This document shows positions 10,763-23,711 of a DNA stretch of 64,000 nt, piece by piece. This stretch comes from Blastocladiella emersonii ATCC 22665 (taxonomy: Eukaryota; Fungi; Blastocladiomycota), in contig JANHCV010000013.1 of NCBI GenBank assembly GCA_025594325.1, positions 1,054,001 through 1,118,000 on the forward strand, written 5' to 3'. The notes under the pieces were generated by a model, which was given only the letters and a program-made list of their open reading frames with translations, did no database searches and was not told the DNA's origin. The position numbers and the translations under genes are program-made. The first letter of the stretch is position 1, and each line of letters begins with the position of its first letter.

Positions 10763-11704
10763 TCAAGCAAATTGTTGCCAGCCCAAAATTTGTTCCGAGT
10801 CCCACTGCTCGAACTCAACGTTTAGCGTTTTCAGCGAAGTGGGTAAGTAGCGGAGAAACGGTGAGCCGTCTGGCGAGTGGAGAAGACTATTGGTGAGAGT
10901 GAGAACTTCGATAGAGTCAGGAAGCCACTTGCCGACCACGCCAGAGCTGCGATACGCAAGGATGTTCTCGGCGACATTGAGCTCGCGGAGTGTATCGGGC
11001 AGGCCCATACGGACAAGCGTTTCGAGGGTAAGCGCCGTGTTGTAGAACGAGGCTTTGGTCACGGCCTGATGCGGGCTCGCAAAGGCTTCATGAAGGATAG
11101 CGGCGCCAGCCTCGGAAAGCCGCGCGCCGTTGATATTGACCTCCGTTACGCGCCCTGACGCAATCTGCGGGCTGAGCTGTTTGGCCTGCTCGTTGCCTGC
11201 TGCGACACGCGCTCCGGAAACCGGATCCTACCCATCAATCATTGAGTATAAGGGCCATCTGGTATTTGAACAGGTCTGGGCTCGCCAGCAGCGTGCCGCA
11301 AGAGGAGGCGCGAGCAAGGCACCACACAAGCTGGGAAAATGTCCGTCGTGGTAAAATAGCCCGCTCTCGTCACGAAACCACTCGAGCACATGGAATTGGC
11401 GGTGGTGCCGCGCTCTGTGAAAAAGAGAACGCAAGTCGCATCCGCGCAGCCCGTCGGTCAACTTGGCAAGACGCAGCAGATAGATGGCACCATGCTCGCA
11501 GGCACGGAAGACGTTTAGAGTGGTTACTGCACGTTCCTTGACGGCACGAAATACTTTTGGCGCAACTGCACGCGGCAAGCATCGCGCGAGGTGGACGAGG
11601 GCAGCGTCGGACGGGTCGGTCGCATGAACAGCGTAGACAAGAATGCGCTTAGCAACCTCGACGGGCAGCGGGCGCGTTGCATTAAGTTGCATTGTGTATT
11701 TCAT
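10763..11704 (-). pseudogene. F-box-like / ankyrin-like / RNI-like LRR protein, disrupted
   Basis: N-terminal PLPVEVAKRILVYA; ankyrin-like ACEHG and FHVLEWFRDESG; LRR segments LPDTLRELNVAEN, LPDSIEVLTL, LPTSLKTLNV. The pieces lie in different frames with an in-frame TGA near 11240. Architecture parallels 23712-25546. Confidence 0.7.
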
Positions 11705-12078
11705 CGTGTCTGGTAGGTGTGGGCGGACGGAACGCGGTCAGATCGCGCCGAACGGGCCGATGATCGGGTTGACGGTTTGCGTTCGACGTTCACGCGGTGC
11801 GGCTGCCACTTCGCGAATGTGGCGCAGCGCGTCGGTGACGCGAGGGATTTCTCGAGTGCCGCATCTAACTCTCTAGGCCCGCGAAAATTTCGGGATCCGG
11901 TTTTCGATAAATGAAGCGCAAATTTAAGGGCGGGACGGCGCCCGACTCCCACGCGTGTAGCGGAGGAATCCCACGCGTCGCTCGCAGCCAATATTAAGCG
12001 AAAAATAGCGCTCTAATTTTCGTTAAAAACGCATATATAAATATTGACACGGACAAATCCCAAGCAGGATCTGAGCAA

Positions 12079-13420
12079 CTATCGCGGGACTTGAGGCTGG
12101 CGCGTTTCGAGGCCCGCGTCACGCCGCCACTGAGCGATCTGTTCAAAACCGAGCTTTTGAGCATATTGCTGGGCACAATGGAAGTGGTTTCTGCCAAGCG
12201 CGAGAGGCACGCCCGAGTCGAGCCACCACCAGAGTCGCGTAAGCACTGCCTCTTCGTCGTCCCCTTGCTCCACAGTCGACCAGCCGAGCGGGCACGCGAG
12301 CTCGTCGCGTGGGATGTTGGCCAGGAACCAATCAAGCACCGCGATTCGGTTCCGCTTGCTCGCGTAGCCGACCATGTAGTGCCAGAAATACTCGTAGGTA
12401 GAAATAGTTTCGTTGTTGGTGAACACGATGGAGATAAGTGGTTGAACTTCGTTTTGCCCAAGTACGCTGCTGCGATCGGTCGAGTTGTACTCGTACCCGT
12501 AGTCGCCGTCGTCGCCGGCAGATTGAATAGCGTCGACGCCGTACTGCTTGATCCCGTACGTCCTCCCGTCGCCTCCACGCGGACCGAGACACACGAGTCC
12601 GAAATCGGGCGCGTTACGATAGATCCAAGCAAGAAAGTCCACGTCCATCGCGTCGATTGCGTCGCAAGCGCGCTGGGCCCAGCCAGCTCCCTCAATGGTG
12701 CTGGCGAAGCAGGGAAACACATCGCAGCACTCGTCAAGAACCTTGATGCTCCTGCGATCCAGCGCACGTTGCGTCAATTCGTAGCGATAACCGTCCTCGG
12801 TCCACTCTTCAATGTCCAGCTTGAAGAGGCTCTTGAGTACTGCCACGTCTTCGCGGTTAAGTGCGTCGTAAACGGTGGATGCGTCGACCTCGATTTCGAG
12901 CTTGGACCCTGCCTGCCAATCAATGACTCTTGTGAGTCCCGCGTCCGCGGCTGCATCAATCATCCAAGTCGTGTAGAAGTCAGCGAGGTTATCAGGAATG
13001 AGCCAGTCAAACAAACCGGGCTCGGGGTGGTTTGAGTCCAGGGGCATATGATAGTGGACGTGTCGAAAGAGGTCCATCCGACTGGATCCACTGGTCGAGG
13101 AGATCCGCGCGGCTGCTGGCACATAGGAGCGCAAGGTACAGCGCGGCCTCATCATCCTCCGCTTTGTATAAATTTTGGCGATACTCGACAGCAGCGTCCG
13201 AAAGCTTTTCGTTTGGTCGTTTAAGCAGGTTCCACATGCGCCGATGCAGAGAGAATTTCAAGACGACGCGGCGCAGTCGCGACAGACTGGGGGCGACGTG
13301 AAGCAGCGGGAGCGGGTCCGCGTCCCGGCGGTCGTTCAGGACGACGCGAACTAGAATTTCCTCGATAATCTCTAGAGGTAGGCGTTGCATGATGTTTGAT
13401 CCGACTGCATCGTGTTCCAT
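12079..13420 (-). pseudogene. F-box-like + ankyrin-like repeat family member A, one frameshift near 13050
   Basis: MQRLPLEIIEEILV N-terminus (ORF 13007-13627) and C-terminal ORF 12079-13155 together align end to end with paralogs at 43186 and 44960. One indel is required, either real or a sequencing error. Confidence 0.8.
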
Positions 13421-15095
13421 GGTTGCTAGAGTGCGGTCCGTGGGAGCCCAAGCGCGATCGGCTCGAACCGGCTTGTGAAGCGCGGAAGACGGTGTGGCGC
13501 CACGATGCGTGTCTCTCACACGTTTTCCCGACGCGTCTCTCGCGTAGCTCGGGAACGTTCGCCCACCATGCCTCGCTCTTGGCCGAACGCAGTTGAAGCT
13601 TCCCTCTGGCGCCCATCCCACGTCCATTATTCGGTTTCATCGCACCAAGGGCCGCGGGTCTAGGCGGTCCGTGCGACCAGCCTGATCCTGTCGCAGGGCA
13701 AAAACTCCCTCGGGCGCAAGATGTTGGTCAAGATGCTGTTCGATTTCGCAGACAAAAGGCTGGCGCGTGCATCAGCAAGGTCGCCGCCGGCTTGGGTAAT
13801 CGCGGCGGCGTCGTCATTAGTTTCGTGCGCCGGCCGGTCGTGATCAAGGCGCTCGGCATCACGTCCGCGTTCAACGTCGCGTATGTGTGCGTGTCGCCGT
13901 TCCCGCTCAAATTAGCGCCGGCCGCGCAGCACGACGCCGTAATCAAGCTACGCAACGCGTTCGGGAAGCATGACAGCTGGTGCGACCGGTACGTTGGGTA
14001 CAGCTTCTCCATGATGAAGCGGGTCAGCGCACACAGCGAGACGATCACCGAGTACCTCGAGTTCTGCCACGCGGCCACGGCCGACCGAGCCGCGGGACGG
14101 CGGTCAGCACCACGCCGTCCGCGGGCGGCTCTCTACGCAACCCATCATCGGCCGGAGCAACGGGAGGTCAAGCGGGGCATTACTCGACCTGATGCGCGCA
14201 AGCAGGTCAACGGATTGTCCCGCCGTGGAGTTGGGCGAGCGCGTGCTGGGCTCCTTCGCCAAATGGGTCGCAACGCGGTCCGTAAAGGGCATGAGCGCGC
14301 TTGCGCGCGCCGCGTTACAGCTCAGAATCGTGGGTTTGCACGACTGAGCGAAAGAAGGTGGCGCTGCCGGGTCGGCGCATCGCCCACGTCGCCCGCGTCG
14401 CTGTGGAGACCGTTCCCGTCGGCGGCGGCGGTGGGGGATCCGCGTACCCGTGCTCCCGCTGCACGACCCGCAGCACGACCCGCCGTCGCTCGTGAGCGAG
14501 TCCGCGGACTCACCGACGAGCTCGACGAAGGCGGCGAGGCGCAAGGAGTCGCGCGGGCCCGGCGGTCGAGTCGGCCCTCGACGTCAACGACCCGTTCCCG
14601 CTGCCAACACAGCTACCGGTTCCCGTACACCTCCACGGGAACCAGCGTGAGTGGGCGGGAGTACCTGTGAAGCGCGCACGATGCGACACTCGGCTTCAGA
14701 ACCAATCTGTTGATCAGATCAGGCAGAGGCGGCGGCCGATTGATCTCGGCGGCCCGCTCCAACACAGCCAGCCGCCGCCGATGCCACCCGTGCCGTCGAT
14801 CGACTCAGCCTGGCTCAAGTCATCGTCCAATGCGTTCGGCCCACCTCGCGGCGGATCAGCCGGTGAGCACTCCGCGGGGGCACGAGAGCACCGGTCGATG
14901 ACCGTCGACCACGCGTCGCTCGCCAAGGCGCGGACGCCGCACCGAATCCTGGCTGCTCGCAGCGACCGGAGCGAAAAGAACACTCGAGGAGCATGTTGCA
15001 GCAAGTCGCAGTCAATCTTCATTCGTTTCGTTGACGGCGAAGCGGCCGGACGGGAGAGCGACGATCACCGGCCCGACACGAAGTTGATGAACATC

Positions 15096-17570
15096 GGGAA
15101 ATGGGGGGTCACTCCGCTGCGGTGGATCACGAAAATCTTCCTAGATCACTGTGATCTACGAAGATTTTAGCCCTGCGGAAATCTAGCCCCGCTCAACCAG
15201 TCCGGAGTGGTTCCGCTCGCGAAGATCTTGGCACCCGACATAGATCTACGAGTAATCTATGGCGCTCGACCACAAATCTAGGAAGTAGTCGAGCGCTTGC
15301 ACTCGCGCAGCGAACGACTTTGAGACAAAACTCGCGCGGCGCGTCCTTGACTCTCAAATCACAACATCGATCATCGCTGCCTTTGTCCTCCATGGTCGCG
15401 TTTGGAATAAATCAAGCAGTTCACTGGACTATCTCTCAGTCGTACATCAGCGCGTCGCACAGGCGGGTCGGGAGAACCGTGGTTCAAGTGAGCAAACAGG
15501 GAGCACCACACATGCAGCGTGACCAACGAAGTGGGAAGGGGAGAGGGCCAGGGGCATCGATTCACTCGAGGCGGTGTGCAGGATCGGCGTCAAGGAACGT
15601 GAAAATGGAGCTGTTGAAGAGCTGTACGGGCACGACAGGGATCAAGGTTGCGGGTGCCCGCCAGTGTGCCCTCAAGCGGGAGCGAGGTCGTAAGCGGGCG
15701 GGATCACGACGTTGTGGAGCCGCCAACAATCCTGCAGGACGGATCAGCGAGTTCCGGCTCGCGCATCTCACCACGTAGCAGGTCGGGCAGAGCAGCGACG
15801 GCCAGTATCCGCAGCTGTTTCGAGTTCGTTCGACCACGGAACCACGCGGCGAGGGAGTTGCAGCGTGTCAGTAATGAGATCTTCAGACCTGCGTTGTGTA
15901 TGCTTGACAAGAGGGGAGGAGGCATGGTCCGACGCGACGCGGCGAAGCTGTCAAGGGAGGCGGCGGTCAAGCGCACGTGAGGATCGGCGGCGTTTGTTTT
16001 GGGCGAAGTCCTTCGCTCGGTCGCCACCGCCCACCGCCCACCCTTGCCGCTGCCGACTTCCTCTCTCCTCCCCCGCCCCTCGTCCTTCCCCCCAACTCCC
16101 CTACGACGCATCCAACTCCATGCACTTGCTCCAGGACTGCATCGGGCACATCGCCATGGCCTGCGCCGGGTACGAGCCAGACCCTCCCTGCGCCGTCGTG
16201 TGCACGCCACCTCGCCACCTCGCACGGCCGCCACCAACTGCTGCCTCACGCCGCGCCGCTGACCGTCGCACCGGTTTGCCCTCACTGACGCCTCTCTCGT
16301 GCTCCCGCTGTCCAGGTCCCGCCGCGGCTGATACTGCCCGCCCAAGCCGGCCGACGCCACCCTTCGCCCCCCGGACGCTCTGAACCTCGCTGGCGTCGGC
16401 GACGTGAACGCTCTCGTCGAACCTGCCGTCCTATCCTTCCTGGGGCTCGAGACGGCCTGCGGTCGCATGCTCATGGCGCCGCGTATCGTCGCCGCCATCG
16501 AGATCCCGCACAACGTGGCGCGCGCGCGGCGACGGCGCCCAGCAACCGCAAGTCCGAGGTGCTGCTCAACCTCACGTTCGACTGGAACCGCAGGGCAACG
16601 ACGTATGTTTGCGATCGTCCGCTTCGGGCTGCTTCCCAACCAGCGATCTGACCCGGACCGCCCCGCCTATAGAACCTACGCCCGCGGCATCGTCAAGCTG
16701 ATTGCCCATGGCACCCGCTCGCGCACCCTAGGCGACCTGTCCCCCTCCGAGTCGTGCGTGTGTTTTCGCGTGTCTGGTCGCCCACGCTAACGCCACCGCT
16801 GGCCGACGTAGCAAAGCTGCCCGGGCCGCACCTGTTCGCCATCGTGGATCGACTCGCACCTGATCGCACGCTCGTCGACATGGTGTACTTCATCGAGCTG
16901 GTACGCGTCGCGCACGATCCTGACTCGCTTCGTAGCTCACGCCCCGACGTGTCTGTGTAGTTTGCTCCCGTGGTCCAGTCGTACGTGCAGGGGTCGGCGG
17001 CGCCCATCGTGGATGTCGACATGTTCCGCCGCAGCTACTTCCACTAGCTGGTCGCGAGCATCGAGCGTCGCCGGGCCGCTCACCCGTTTGTCCGAATGAT
17101 CACGGAGGAGGTCGTGCGCCGGTCGTTCACCAAGTCCACCCACGCTGCCGCTGCCGCTGCCGCTGCGAACGCAGCCTCGGCGGCGGGTGCCCGAGGCGCG
17201 AGTCCGGACGGAGTCGCGCTGGATAGCGACGACGACGACGACGCGTAGATTTGATGCACAATACAGATCTGTTTCTCACTCATCGAACTCTCCCGTTGTG
17301 TGCTGAGACCTCTCGCTTGGCGAAGATCGCTTGAAAATCTCACAGATCTCCTCAGCGGCGGGGAATCTACGTTCGCTGCGAAGATCTATCGGTCTGAACG
17401 GAGTCAAGCTCGGCTGGACGGGAGGGATAGATCTATGGTGAGATCTATAGAAAACATAGGTTTGCAGTGGATTTCTACCTAGATCTTCCCCAGCTATTAT
17501 GGCCCCCGAAACCCTAAGATCTATGAGAGATCTAGCTAGATCTCTTTGAAATCTTAACCCCCAATTTCCC
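15096..17570. mobile_element. Non-autonomous TIR element, MULE-like, carrying a decayed gene
   Basis: TIR GGGAAAT(G/T)GGGGGT (13/14). Flanks GATGAACATC (15086-15095) and GATGAACAGC (17571-17580) give a 10-bp TSD with 1 mismatch. Dense AGATCT(A)/GATCTA motifs occur only in the two subterminal ~200-300 bp. No transposase. Confidence 0.75.
16340..17248 (+). pseudogene. Unidentified decayed protein-coding sequence inside the MULE-like element
   Basis: Protein-like, C/G-ending-codon segments in shifting frames (LNLAGVGDVNALVEPAVLSFL, EVLLNLTFDW, LFAIVDRLAPDRTLVDMVYFIELVRV), ending in an acidic tail LDSDDDDDA*. Contains in-frame TAG codons. Confidence 0.4.
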
Positions 17571-20500
17571 GATGAACAGCGCAGGACCTCAACGGCGCCC
17601 AAGAACGCGAGCGCTGTCCGTGGTGCTTCGGCCGCAAGCGAAGCGGCTTCGAAGCCGGTCAGGAAGGCGACATGAGAGCGACTCGCCCGGTGCCCGCGAG
17701 CGGGGCCCCGGGTTCCCACGCGACGCGACGCGCCACGCACAAGGGAGAGGAACAACGTGCGCGTTGCGTCCTCGGGCATCGAGCAGCAGTTGCGGAGCTC
17801 GTCGGTCCAAGGTCTCTAGCTTGAACTCATGCAGCAAAATGAATCGCGACCCACTGATGACGCGGTGGAGTGCGGGGGCAAGTGGCCCGCGGGAGGCCGA
17901 GGGCGACGGATCTCAGCGAGGATCCGGTCGTCAGGCTCGGTCGGCCGTGAGCGCCACGACGATGCAGGGTTGTGGATGCGAGTGGATCTGCGATGCGAGC
18001 GCGAGAGCAGCGGCGATCGGGCGCGTTGGCGAGGCGAATGAAGGCCCGCGGCGACCTGTCGGGGCCGGGCTTCCTCGCGTGGCTGCGTCATCGTCTCGGA
18101 GACGGCGCCTCTCAGGCTCGCGAGAGCAGATGAAGTACGCCGTAAGCCGGCGAGGAGCGCCCCGAGCGCCCCGAGGCCGGCAGACCGTCGGTGCGGCCAT
18201 GGGAGCACCGTTGCGGGAAGTCGCGCATGCGTATGCGGTCCATGATACCTCAAGGCGCCTGAGAACGCGCCGGCGGGGTGAGAGCTCGAGGAGAGGTGGC
18301 CGCCATCAGAAGGAGGCGTGGGAGTTCGCTCCTCCGCGACGAGCGTGGTGATGCAGTGTGGCGCAACGCGTCAACCGCGCGCTCTTCCGGTCCGCGGCGA
18401 CGCAGTGTGCGCAACCAGCTGAAGTGTCGACGTATGCGAGTTGGTGAAAGCTCTTGCACTACTTCTTCGGCCAACGCGAGGCGAAAAGTCGTCACGTCGG
18501 CGCGTCATATGAAAGTCACGCTTGTCTCGCGGCCGCGGGAGACGCGACGTTTTCACGCGCGCGCTTCCAGAAACGCGTCGCTGCGACGCGTTGAGCAACG
18601 CTGTCGTGATACAACTATCGACTCCTTGCGATGCCATCGACTTCCTCTTCTACCAAGGACCTCAACGACAGCACCTGCAACTACTCGACGCGCTCGCGGC
18701 TCTCATCCACGTACGCGCACGTCGATGGGTGCGGGCGGACCGCTGGTTCATCGCGCGACTGGGCGCGGCCTCGGGCTCCGTGTAGCGCGACTGCTCGTCG
18801 CACGACGAGCTGCGCGGGAAGGCATCATTGCCGTCGCGACACCGCGCACTTCATGGAATTGTATCTCCGGCGGTCGAGTTCATGCTGGTGCGCGTACCGC
18901 CGAACGCGCCGCTCGTCGTCAACGCTAACGTGCGCGTCCGCTCGTGTATGTCGGCCGTGCGGCAACGCTCGGCCTAACCGTCTCGCACGTCACGTTCTCG
19001 GCTATGCTCGGCATATCTGCTCCGGTACGACAAGAACACGCCGCGAGACAACTACTGACGCGACGCACGTCTGTCCAGGCAGCGGCGACGACGTCAAGGA
19101 GATTCTCGACTGCACTGGCCGAGCCCGCTACATGCAACTGAGCCCGCCAGCCTCGTGTCCGGTTCCTCATGAACCACCCAGCTCAAGAACGGTACGTGTC
19201 TTCGACCGCTTCGCTCGCACCCTATACCCGCCGTATCGCGTCGTGCTCGCCGTCCAGATCGCCTCGCGCGAGCAAGTACTCGAGCGCAGGCTCGCACGAA
19301 TCGGGCTCGACGCGTCCTTTGACAACCTCATCACGCTTTACGGGTACCCTGCGAGACGAGATGCAGGTCAAGCTCGATGTGGATCGCGCACCAGCGGCTG
19401 CTCAGCTTTGGTACGCGTGTATTCGAGGCCAGACACTTCACTCGCACTGACCTGGCTCGGCTTTCGTGTGGGAGCCGCTTCATTCTCCTTTCCTCCCGGC
19501 CGCACTGGCGGCGACCGTTCCGCGACCATGCACCGCGCTACGCCGTCTTGGCGAGTTCCCGCAGCGACCTCGCTTCTTCCCGGTACGTGTCCATGACCCC
19601 GTGGCGGTCGGCATGTCTTTCTTGCTTACTCGCGACCGATCGTGTAGTCGACGCTGTGCAGCTCTGCTCGCGCGTGTGCGAGTCCACCAACCTGGCCCGA
19701 GCTGCCCAACTACTGCTACACGCCGCTTTGGCACGTCGTGTCGACCACGCTCACGACCACGACCAGCAGACGGCATGGCGAACCGTGCGGGGCGAGACCA
19801 AGACGACGGCGTATATCGACTGGCATGGTACGTGTCTTTTTGTGTCTGTGGCCATGGGAGTGCCGTCAATGCTCACTCACGTCTTGCTGCTGGCACACTT
19901 TCCCAGATCCTCTCCATGTCTTTCGGTTGAGCGAAGCGGTGGCTCCACAACAACACACAACGACCGAGAACCAGTACACGTGATGTTCAAGGGCGGCAGC
20001 ATCGGACATGGGTCAGCTCGCACTCGTCAAGAAGCTCGGCACGCTCGCTCAACGACTCGTTCGCCGATCGAGATCCAGGGCGCGGCCATGACGACGGCCG
20101 TCATGGCTCGCTCGGGCCGCAGATCGTCTGGCAAGCAGCAGCAATCCGTCGTCATCCATCCCCGAGCTCACGCACGCCGAGTTCATGGCGAGCGTGTGGT
20201 ATCTGTCGGTACGCGAAAAGTCGCCGCCGTCCGCAGAGTCATGAAGCGTCGCTCAATCGTAGGACAAATTACAACCATCGGCACTACACGCACCGCCCAC
20301 CTCACGGTTCTCGTCACTGTCAAAGCTCAACACTCTCTGCTTCGACATCAAGCGGCAGAGTGCCTCGGCGTCTGTCGCTCCAGAACTGCAACGACCGCCG
20401 TGACATCTTGACCACCGCGGTCCTCGACGCGTACCACCAGCTTAAGTATGCGGCGAGCGGCGCGTGATGTCGTAGGTCATGGCCAGCCTGTGACGTGTCG

Positions 20501-22814
20501 CTCTGGATCTCCCACCCGCACGAACAAGGCTGATCACTCACCACTTGCTCACTCGTCGCGCTGCCCTAGGAACCCACGGATTGCGACTCGTTCAAGTACT
20601 CGCGCGAACGCTTCCGCTGCTCCATGTCCATCGCGTGCGTCCGCGTCGTGATCCCGCCTCGCGCCAGCGCTCAAAGTCGATCCAGGTCAACCTCATTGCG
20701 CCCCACCAGCATTGCCGTGTTTGCGTCCGCCGCCGCCGCTTCGCCAGTGGCCGGTGGTACTAACACTTCGAAGGTACGCTACCAATCTCCTGCCGCCGCG
20801 TCGTCACGGGAAAATGACGCGTCGCTCGAGTCTAGAGGAATGTAATCTCCCGAACGGAACACGGCTGGCCGAGGTCCGTTGGAGCGAGACAGCAGCAGCT
20901 ACGACTACTCCAACGGCACGCAGCGGCCACGGCCACGGCCACGGCCACGAACTACACGATCAAGATGAGCGGCGGGATCGACTGCGAGCTCATCGCGATC
21001 CACTAGACAACGACCTACGGCATCAACAAGTCGACCAACACTCAGCAGCACTCGAGCAGCGTACCTGGAACGTGGCGCCCTCCTCTTCCAATCACACCCA
21101 TCCGCAAATCCGTGATCGCTGACATCTGTCCTCTGAGACCAGTAGGAGATGGAAGTCGCGCTCCTTCTTCTCGTTCGCAGCGATCCAACTCGTGTTTGTA
21201 CGCGCGCGCGTGCCGCGTAACGACGACAAACTATCGCGTCGTCCCTCAATCGATTGATTGCGGCCAGCTGCTCGCCTCATACACGTACACGTACACGGAC
21301 GGCCTCGGCTGCGTCTCGACCACCGCTCCAAGTCATGTACGCGTCGACTGAGACGAGGTCGAGCTCAAGGAGAACCGCGGCCGCGGGCGGAGCACACAGC
21401 AGCTTGATGATGTCAGTACGCGTGGCCGAGACGAGACCATCCGCACGGCGGCACATACAGACCAAGCCGCGCAACTGCATCCGCCGCGTAGCCACCGACT
21501 CCACCAGCTTCAAGCTCTTCTTCCTCCGCGTCCGTACTCGGCTCCATCCTCGACGCTGCCGCGACCAGCAGTGCTGCACTACGACAACGACTTGTTTCCG
21601 CGACGGCACGCTCCATCTCTTCTGCGCGTAGTGACTGCGAATACGGCGGGCTGACACGCGCAAACCTCGTTCCACCGAGTAGGCGCTGCACGCTCTACAA
21701 GGGCTGCCAATCGATCTTACCGGCGCTGTCGCTCTTCCTCAAGCGTGTCCAGATCATCCTCTTCGCCGTAGCCCATCTGCTTTGTCAACCTCGACTCGTA
21801 CAGCTTCGCTTTCGCCATCGTTCAGCCCGGCAAGACGTGTCCGTGGCCTCGCGCTGTCGCCATGATGGCCGCGGAGGGCATCGATTGTTCATGACCCGCG
21901 ACACAAGCCAACGACTCCCATGCCCGGGCCACCCGCGCACGCACATTTGAGCACAAGTCGTCGTCGTCGTCGTGGTCGTGTCGGTGGCGGTGGCGAAGCT
22001 CGCTGTCCAGCATGGAACGTGTTTTCCTGGGCTGGTCGCCTCAAGCTCTCCTCCATCAGCTGATGATCGCTCACGCCCCGCTCGCTCGCTGCGCTGCACT
22101 AGTAGAGCTGGCGCTCGGTTCGTTGTGACTCGAGTCAAAACGGTGGTCGGCAGTCTGACGACAACCATCCGTTTCTCGAGCATCGCATCAACGTCGTGGC
22201 CAACAAGGCTGCGGCGCGCGCGTCAAGCTCCTCTACTTCCACGTCGACCTGGTTCCGCTACTCGCCAGCAAGCTTGCCGCGCAGCACGGCGACCAAGACT
22301 CGAGTGGATGATACCGTGTGGTGGGAGGGTACGCGGCATACCGCTCGCTCGCTCGAATACCAGCCACGGATGCTGACGGTTCGCCCGAGTGTAGTGGGAA
22401 TCGACGGGCCGCGTTTCGCGACGACCGGCTAACGCGCTTCGCTCTGCGGCCGCGAGCGACGTCGGCAGCTACGTCTACTTCTTCAGCTCCGAGCTGGGTT
22501 TGGTGGCGCGTCGCAGTTCCGCGCGTCGCGGTTCGGCGGGTTAAGATCAAGGGGTCTCGCTCTCCTCCTGGGCGACCTCGACTTTGCCGTAGCCAAGAGC
22601 CCGATTGTGGCGGTGGTGCAGAATGGGTGCTTCCACGGCGCGCCGCGACGATCAACCTCTTGCTCCTGACGACTGCCCCAACTACTACGACATGCACTCG
22701 GGCGCACATTTCGGGCACGAGATCAAGGGCTCCGACTCGTGGCCGTCAACAACCTCGGCTTCGCGCAGCGGCGTCGGCCATGAACTGCACGATCAAGATG
22801 AACGGCGCGCCACG

Positions 22815-23486
22815 CTCGTCGCCGGTAACGGCGCCCTCGACTGGCTCCGTGCGCTCGTCCTCGCCCAGAACGTCGTCCAGGGCCACATGCTCGCCGACAA
22901 CTGCGTGCCGCGGCTCCTCGCGCCGCGCGCTGGGACGAGCGTCACGGTGACCCCGACCAAGCTCGCGCTCATGCTGCACGACGGGCGCACCCCCAGGCTC
23001 GTGATCCGCCGTGGTGCGGGTGACGAGATCACGATGACGCTCACGCACGCGTACGACGGCCACGCGGCCAGCCTCGACCTCGTGTTCTGGTACTCGCCCG
23101 AGCCGCCGTACGCGCTGGTCCACGAGAAGCTCGACGGCCGCAACGCCCGTGTCAAGGCCCTCTACGCGGCGCTGTCGACCACCGAGGTGGTCAAGGGCAA
23201 GACGCGCAAGTGCACGTCGTCGCACGTCGTCGACCGCGACTCGATCACCCAGTTCTGCAAGGTCGTCCAGAACGACGCCGAACAGTTTGTCGACCGCGGC
23301 CAGGACCGGCTCGCGGCGCCGCTCGACTACGCTATTGTCGCCGGGTGGCAGGCCGTCATGCAGCCGCTCTTCTCGGGCCTCATTGACGGCGACCCGCTCA
23401 AGCTCGTCCACCTCAGCAACTCGTTCAAGGTGCTCGTTCCCGGCTCGCTCGTCTACGCCGGCGACAAGATCGAGACCCGGGCCAAG
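22815..23486 (+). pseudogene. Fragment of fungal type I fatty acid synthase (beta-chain dehydratase/MaoC-like region)
   Basis: RNARVKALY..SITQFCKVVQN..APLDYAIVAGWQAVMQPLFSGLIDGDPLKLVHLSNSFK..GDKIET resembles the conserved Fas1 motif APMDFAIVVGW..IDGDLLKLVHLSNGF. Only about 220 aa of a >2000-aa protein is present. Confidence 0.85.
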
Positions 23487-23711
23487 GGCTCAACGCCGTC
23501 ACGCAGGACAGCCCCCGCTCCTCATTGTTCGCTCGCGAAAGCCGGTTTACATCAGTTCTATCAACAGGTTGCATGCAGTCGAGGCCCTGCCCAACGCCGA
23601 TCCGATGGATGGTGGGGCGCAGAGCACGGCGAGCGGCCAAGTCGGCGGCCAGCGAACGATCGTCTCCCGCGCCCCCTCACCCGAAGCCTAGACTCGCTCC
23701 ATGTAATCAAA

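Noticed and set aside
15092-17574. Alternative reading as a CACTA-like element with CATCGGG ends and a 2-bp AA TSD
   Set aside because: It needs about seven extra flanking bases to match by chance. The 10-bp TSD reading needs only one substitution and a palindromic target. It is not fully excluded.
17600-22600. Assignable genes in this interval
   Set aside because: Only short protein-like patches in shifting frames (e.g. ~18600-18780, ~19100-19450). I could not recognise a family or a consistent exon chain.
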